From positions 1,355,062-1,419,061 of the forward strand of contig CAVNZM010000016.1 in NCBI GenBank assembly GCA_963693365.1: a stretch of DNA of 64,000 nucleotides, given 5' to 3'. A program made the translations under genes and the position numbers. Shown one piece after another: positions 52,062-64,000 of this stretch (position 1 is its first letter; each line of letters begins with the position of its first letter). The notes under the pieces were generated by a model that saw only the letters and a list, made by a program, of their open reading frames with translations, searched no databases and was not told where the DNA came from. The stretch is from Amoebidium appalachense (taxonomy: Eukaryota > Protista > Ichthyosporea).

Positions 52062-52104
<43 letters not shown>

Positions 52105-54084
52105 GGGGAACCCCAACTAATTGATTTCTCCTTGTAGTCTTTATGGTGTCTCGTAGAGAAAGTAAACCCTGATATATAGTCACCACCCGACATCTATGTA
52201 CGTGATCATGATATACCGCTGAGGGGATATTCCGAGCAAACCCCCCCCCCCCCATACCTGAGACTGGTTCTCTTTGCCTCGAGTAAACAGCGTAAACCCC
52301 CCATATATATATATATAATTTAAGGTTCTGGTTTAACTGAAACAATACATATACGCACACGCGTACGAGTTATTTGTTGAAACTCCGCAAGGTCCGAGGA
52401 CTGAGGCAACGTGATAACCTAGCGAGAGCGAAGTGCTGTGCACCCGCGAATCACCTTTCGGCACACCAGTGTTATGAATAAAACGCTCATTTACAATTTT
52501 TTGGCTAACGTCTTTTCGACCAAAACAATGAGCCCAAACAACCAACACACAATTAATCAACAGCTTTGCACGCACACTTGGACTCATTTTCGGGCACTTG
52601 CACAGGGCATCTTTATACGTAAAGCCTTCACGCAGCACACCAGCACGCAAAACAAATTTGGGCAGAGGGGCACACAAACGAAAAAATACACAAAAACAAC
52701 TATCCTGTAAAAAAGAAAAAACACTCTTATGTCCGGACAAATTTCACGCTTCCAGCACACGCAAACACCTGGTTCATAACTGCAACTTCTGTACGAAAGA
52801 ATCACGGAAAACTGATTTCATCACGGCAATCAACTTAATGTAATCCACAAACACATGCACACACACCGTTGCATACACACACGCGCACATACACACAACA
52901 GGCACACAGGCGCCAACACAAGCGCAGACACGTACACCAACCCACACGTATACACACAAACACACATACACAAGCACCCATACCGACACACTCTCTCACG
53001 CACGTTTGCGGACACACGCGCGCACACACTCAAGCATACATGTCACACGTGCGCGCGCTCGCTTGCAAGCACATCAGATGTGTACGTATTTGCCCGAAGC
53101 CAAGTTCTCTTACAAACACATAGGCAGACACACTCATGACCCATTGCATGCCAATCAACATCCTACAAAGAAAACATGTGCGGTTGGCACTCACAAGCTT
53201 CATGTTTGAACAGCTGTAGCATGTTTATTTGGGACTTACCAGCTCCGCTGCTGCTTTTTGTGCTTCCGTTCATCGATGTGATCAAGGACTTCTATATAAC
53301 ACATCCCCATAGGAGGACATGCATGGGTGTGGTGCATGTCCCGTGGATGTCCTTGGTATAACGTGCGCATGGCGCCCGTGGCCAACCCACGCATACAATC
53401 TTGTTTTTTGTTATTTGTGCCTGGACAATAAATACATTTCTACGTAATGTATCTCCGACTAGCAACCTACACGTACACCCGTACACCATCAACTTTCTTA
53501 AGACCCGAAGTCAAAACCCCCCCAGGCACTGCATGCACGGGCCCGGGCATATATTATTTCCTGAACCTCAAAGTAGCTGTGGACTCCTGAAATAGAGATT
53601 TTTATGAGCCCACTTTGCAGGTCTACCCGAGGTTGTATCGGCATTGTAACCTCTAGGCCAAGAACCGCCAGAACCTCGAAAGCTGGGCTCGGCGAGCTCA
53701 GTGGGCCCAGGCCAGCCAGGTCCGGCGCCTTGCATATGCACTGCCGTCGAAACTCAGCACTGGCAAATATTTTCCCGCCAAAATTTCTCGCCCAACGACA
53801 CCATTGGCTGGAGGCTTTCAATGAAATTTCGAATCCCGAGCGCCCTCGCACCTTTTCACTCTTCCATGTTCCCTCCCGGCACCTGGTCACACTTGCGAGT
53901 TTAAGTAAATGTACACTTCTTGTTTCCCAAGTCTAAAGACTTAAACACTACGTATATAATATACACGTTTTCTCAAGCCTATCAAGATTCGACACCCACC
54001 AGGTAATTATTTAATGAAACAGTTTTTTCTTCCAGCCACTTAATTTTTTCAAACTCCTGCTTTCCCATCCATTCATACTAGACC

Positions 54085-56841
<2,757 letters not shown>

Positions 56842-57046
56842 GTAAGTCTCCACCCCCCCCCCCCCCCCCCTTCCTCCCCCCCCTCTCTTTCTATCTCTCC
56901 CTCCCATCCCCATATAGTGTCTAGGGGCATGTTGCTCGTTGGGAGAAGGTACGTGTGTGGCCGTGTGCTTGGGTGCTCGTGTGTGTGCATTGGTGTACAC
57001 ATGCACGGTTTGTGCATGTGTGCGAGCCTGTACACACGCACGGTTG

Positions 57047-57106
<60 letters not shown>

Positions 57107-57156
57107 ATGTTAAACACTTCTGTATGCATGTATGTGTCTGTGCGGGTGCGTGGTTC

Positions 57157-57250
57157 ATACAATACACACACAGTTTCAACACATGCATACAATACACACA
57201 CAGTTTCAACACATGCATACACTACACACACAGTTTCAACACATGCATAC
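57157..57250. repeat. 30-bp minisatellite, 3 copies
   Basis: ATACAATACACACACAGTTTCAACACATGC repeated three times. Confidence 0.85.
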
Positions 57251-57749
57251 ACGCGCCATGCACACACGCACACGCACTCACTGGACTAATGATGCGTGTT
57301 AGTGTGTCTTTGTTTTATTTTTGTTTCAATCATTTTTTTTACAGTAGTGTGCGCACATGTCATCATATGAGGAGAAATGGCGCTGAGGGGCTGGCACAGC
57401 GAAAAAAGTTCGGAATAGTCTGTAATTGCCACGTCGATTACATCCAGGGTAAATACAATCGGGCGTAGCTATTGGCTTACTCAATCAGCTCTAACTAAAA
57501 GTGACGATTACACAAAGTTTACATTCGCTTTACTAATATTATTAGGCAGCTGAAGAAGATTTGTTTATAGCAAGTGCATTTCAACCGGTTACACTTGATT
57601 ACTGGACGCTTGCGTGCACATGCTCACCACATTGATTACCCCCCCCCCCCCCCCCCCCCCCCCCCCCACAACAACAACAACAACCAAAAAAAAAAAAAAA
57701 AAAGCACCCGAAAGAAACAACTAGCCCTTGTTCCCCCAACCAAACTCCC

Positions 57750-57800
<51 letters not shown>

Positions 57801-57983
57801 CCCCTCAGCCTGCCACTGCCCCTCCCCTCTCCCCCTCTGGTGGTTCCATCTTCACTTCCTCGTTGCTTAACCCTCCCCTCCCCTCCCCCCCCCGCCCCCT
57901 CTCCTTCCCTACACACACAAACACACACACACACAAGCACGCACACACGCACACACACACACACATGCACACGCACGCACGCG

Positions 57984-58022
<39 letters not shown>

Positions 58023-58045
58023 ACACACGCGCGCGCGCGCGCACA

Positions 58046-58135
<90 letters not shown>

Positions 58136-58254
58136 AAATACCCTCTCTCACATTATTTCTAGAATAAACTTCGTACGTTACTTGTTTCCCTTTTCCCGCC
58201 CTTGCTTTATTGGGAGGGCTAGCCCATGCTCTTATTTCATACGCGTTACCATCC

Positions 58255-59948
<1,694 letters not shown>

Positions 59949-60792
59949 ATTACTTTTAGCACATAGAATTCCATGTTCGGTTAGATTCCATAGTGTGTTG
60001 GTATCGGCATCTCCGTTATAGTGAGTTAGTGGGTGAGTTAGAAAGTGTGCTAGTGAGTTAATGAGTGTGTGTGTGTGTGTTCCACAGTGATTTAGTATGT
60101 AGTGAGTGTGGGAGTGGGAGTGACTATGTAAGTGAGTGTGTGAGTGTGTGTTTAAGCAATTCAGTGAGTTAGTGAATGAGTGCGCGAGCGAGCGCGTAGT
60201 GAGTGTTGTGTCCCTGCCTCGTGTGGCGCGTGTCGAAGCGTATAGATCGATCGATTCATATCTGTTCGATTTATTGGTTTGTCATGTTTACATTTCGTCG
60301 GTGCAGCCTAATCCAATCATATGTATCCAATCGGATATGGCTGACTATGCGTACACTGTTCACGTTTCTGTTCCTTTGCCAACTTCCTTCTAAGTTCGGT
60401 TGGGTGGGACTTTCAAAAAAAATGTGGACTCTTCCGTCATGACTGGGACTCATGAATACTCATTTTAGAGTGGACGAATGATTAACAAGCAGGTTCACAA
60501 TCGATGGGAGAGTCTGGTATTCGACGAGTCATATCGAGGATATCCAGCTATTGGTCATCGAACTAGCGGCTCAAATCAGCAACTGCATGTGTGTAACAGA
60601 GGGTCGGCACTCCAGAAGATAATTCATAACCAAAGTCACAGACGGGAAAAGCACTGCTACCGCGGAGCCCGTTGCTGCATGAGCCATAAGTCGTGCAGCC
60701 ATGTACAGGGGTCACTCACTTTTAAGATAACAGGTAAATACGGTTTAGGTGCTTAAGTCTTAAGGTTGCCCGGCTGTAGGGTTCATTATCTT

Positions 60793-60838
<46 letters not shown>

Positions 60839-60921
60839 GCCAACCCGCCCGCCCCGCCCGCCCATCCCGGTTCTGTGGGTGCTTCTTCTGGGCTGCGAGA
60901 GTTTTTTTTTTTTTCCCTTTT

Positions 60922-60969
<48 letters not shown>

Positions 60970-60974
<5 letters not shown>

Positions 60975-61138
60975 TACACACACCGCGCAACCGTGGCACG
61001 GAGACACGGAGACACCCACACACCCACATTGTGATACACACGTGCACACACACACCACACACACACAAACACACCCAGTGACAAACGAGCACAAAATCCA
61101 AATGAACACACAGACATCTGCACACATTTTCGCACAGC

Positions 61139-61177
<39 letters not shown>

Positions 61178-61456
61178 AAAAAAAAAAAAAAAACCACACT
61201 GCCCATAAAAAGGACCCACAGGACAGCTGGGGAAAGGGGGCTGGGGGGGGGGGGGGGGGAGGGGGGAGTGGTTGGGGGGAGACGCACACACACACGGTGC
61301 ACAGTCACACGGACACACACACAAAACACACACACATTGTGACACACACACGTGCACACGCACACACACACCACACACACACAAACACACCCAGTGACAA
61401 ACGAGCACAAAATCCAAATGAACGCACAGACATCTGCACACATTTTCGCACAGCCC

Positions 61457-61510
<54 letters not shown>

Positions 61511-61739
61511 ACCCACAGGACAGCTGGGGAAAGGGGCCGGGGGGGGGGGGGGGGGGGGGGGGGGAGACGCACACACACACGGTGCACAGTCACACGGACA
61601 CACACACAAAACACACACACATTGTGACACACACACGTGCACACGCACACACACACCACACACACACAAACACACCCAGTGACAAACGAGCACAAAATCC
61701 AAATGAACGCACAGACATCTGCACACATTTTCGCACAGC

Positions 61740-61770
<31 letters not shown>

Positions 61771-61810
61771 AAAAAAAAAAAAAAAAAACCACACCGCCCA
61801 TAAAAAGGAC
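60970..61810. repeat. ~290-310-bp tandem repeat, ~3 copies, each carrying a poly-C/poly-A/poly-G block
   Basis: CCCAGTGACAAACGAGCACAAAATCCAAATGAAC...CATTTTCGCACAG occurs at ~61075, ~61390 and ~61675. Confidence 0.9.
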
Positions 61811-62381
61811 CTAGCCTCGGTACCCCTACATCTTAATTGTTTTCAAAAAATCTACTACTGCTTATAATATAGGTGATATATATATTATCTTAATCCTGAA
61901 TGACCCCTGTATATGTGATGTATGTGTTTTAGAACCTGCAGGAGGTAAGTTCACACGAAGTTACTAATACTAGCCCTGTTTCAATCTGTAATATGATTGG
62001 TCGCCAGCATCGGCCTCTGATCCTTGAGTAACCCAGTTTACTCTTTACACATACACATTACACTGAAGTGTCCGTGAGGATACTTAACAGTGAGCGAGTG
62101 AGTGAGTGAGTAAGTTAGTGAGCGAGTGAGTGAGTGGGTGGGTGAGAGAGGGACGGAGGGAGCGAGTGATTGAGTGAGTGAATGGGCGAATATTAATGAG
62201 TAAGTGAGGTGAGTGCATGTTCAAGAGAGAGAGAGGGGGGGGGGGGGGGGGGGGGGGATTAGTGTGTGTGTCTGTGTGTGTAGATTTGTGCGAATGTGGG
62301 TACGTGCTTGTGTGCATGGGTACAAGCGCCCGTGGCATGCATGTGGGTAAGTCCTTGAAGGGTAGAAGGTTGGGGATAGAT

Positions 62382-62424
<43 letters not shown>

Positions 62425-63108
62425 AAGGGGACTGTGAGGAGGGAGGCGAGGGGAACCCTAAGAAGTCAATGAGAGGTTCGTGAGGCATGCATACGGAGAC
62501 TGGGTGGACGGGGATGTGTTGGAGGTTTCCGAGAGGGCCCAGGGGAGGGGGAGATGGGGTTGAATGAGTTACAGCATAAAAGGCACACATTCTCGACGTG
62601 CGACACAACGCACAAGTTGCAGGAGTTGCAGAGCACACACAAAGACCATGCATCGTAAGCAGAGCCCGGGGGGGGGGGAGGGGGGGGGGGGGGGGTTCCG
62701 AAATGACGTTTCAGAATCAAAGAATTTGAAGAGCGACTAAAGGATAGGGATGGGTGGGCTTGGCTTGTGTTTGGGTATTGAAGAGGCGTAAAGGGCATCC
62801 AGAAAAAAGAAGGGTGAGGGATGGGGAAATACTAAGACTGTAAAAGGGCATCCAGAAAAAAAAAGGGGGGAGGGGAAGAGGGTGTGTGTGTGTGTGTTGG
62901 GGGGGGGGGGGGGGGGGGGGGGGGATAATTCTAGAGCAACACATGGGACAGGGGTTTCCTGTTGCGTAACATCGAGGTGTTCTAAATGAAACCGGGCATC
63001 ATCAAGACATGGATGCAACCTCAGACAGCAATTTCTTGTGTTGTGGTTGTGGTGTGTGCTGCGCATGCGTGCTGCGTGCTGCGTGCTGTGTGCTCTGTGT
63101 GTGTGCTC

Positions 63109-63154
<46 letters not shown>

Positions 63155-63810
63155 GGCTTTATGTAGCCGCACAGCCTTAAAATTTTGCAGTCACACAGCT
63201 TCCTTCAGTACCCACAGCCTTTGCAGTCGCACCGTGCCTATATTCCAAGGCTGGGGCTCAACTGGCATATTATCAATATATATAATGCGTTGTTTGCCGG
63301 ACCTCAAATCCGGAATTTGGAGGGGACCTAAGGCCATTTTGTGAGGCATCAAAAACCATCGAAACGTTGCTTAGTTGTTTTTATGACATCAAAATCGCTA
63401 AATATTCTTGCGATACTAATGAAAAAGCCTAAAATAACTATATATTTGATAATGAGAAAATTGAAATATAGTGCCCTAAAGTTGGGCCCGAGAGGATGTA
63501 CGTACTCGGGGCTTTGAAATAAAAAGAAAACAACCAGCGGTTTCGGAGTCTACTGTGAACATGCTGGGCTGAATGACGGCAGAGGTCAGGTGATTCCCGT
63601 ATCAAAACGGTTTTTGTTTCTAACCCAGAATGGAACGCACTTTTTTTAGAGAAATTCGGCGACATTTGTTTTACAAAGTACTATATCATTGGTACAACGA
63701 CATTTTGAAAATTTTAATGTAATAGAACTACCAATCCAATCACAAAAACCTCAAAGGTCTGCTAACACCGGTTTAGGGGGACACGGGGATGAGGACGGCA
63801 AATTCTATAT

Positions 63811-63869
<59 letters not shown>

Positions 63870-64000
63870 GGCCTGTGGCACACACACACACACACACACA
63901 AACACATGTACATTTTAATGTTTTAATAGCTATAGGCAGACAGTTGTTGAAAAAAAAATAGAGTAAGAAACACAACTAAATCAACTCAGTAATGTGAATA

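Larger units (their letters stand above)
47565..52103 (+). mobile_element. Full-length non-LTR retrotransposon (LINE, APE-type) with two ORFs and poly(A) tail
   Basis: ORF1 and ORF2 overlap by 8 nt. The 3' UTR is (CA)n, a short hairpin AGGGGAGCCCCT, then poly(A) at 52066-52103. Candidate 8-bp TSD CGGGGAAC at 47557-47564 and 52104-52111, so the 5' boundary is tentative. Confidence 0.85.

Noticed and set aside
61933-61944. Possible 12-nt microexon (TTTTAG|AACCTGCAGGAG|GTAAGT)
   Set aside because: Good splice signals but no flanking exons or gene model could be attached; not supportable without RNA data.

Overview
Eukaryotic genomic DNA with GT-AG spliceosomal introns and extremely dense poly-G/C, (CA)n/(TG)n and (GGGA)n tracts. 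Almost all ORFs in the six-frame track are microsatellite read-throughs. Two multi-exon genes could be reconstructed by hand. One is a 12-exon BRCT-containing X-family DNA polymerase of the Pol mu/TdT type (20453-33105, +; one frameshift). The other is a 13-exon, 521-aa SHOC2/Sur-8-like LRR protein (35683-46101, -). The 6.4-19.4 kb region is a retroelement nest: a near-intact Ty1/copia element, a gag-only LTR element, two copies of a tRNA-headed SINE (one with a 12-bp TSD), a relic LTR, and a BTB/POZ gene cut by the copia insertion. An intact two-ORF APE+RT LINE lies at about 47.6-52.1 kb. A degenerate, partly duplicated KOW-motif gene lies at 54-60 kb. Three intron-level patterns are the least expected: many introns run G/UG-rich at the 5' end to C/CA-rich at the 3' end with (CA)n abutting the acceptor AG; a ~100-120-nt dispersed element is always sense to its host gene; and several introns contain degenerate copies of their own splice junctions. 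The SHOC2-like gene suggests a holozoan/opisthokont source (inference only). Scattered 1-2 nt indels and a degraded window start suggest residual long-read errors, so frameshift-based pseudogene calls are tentative.
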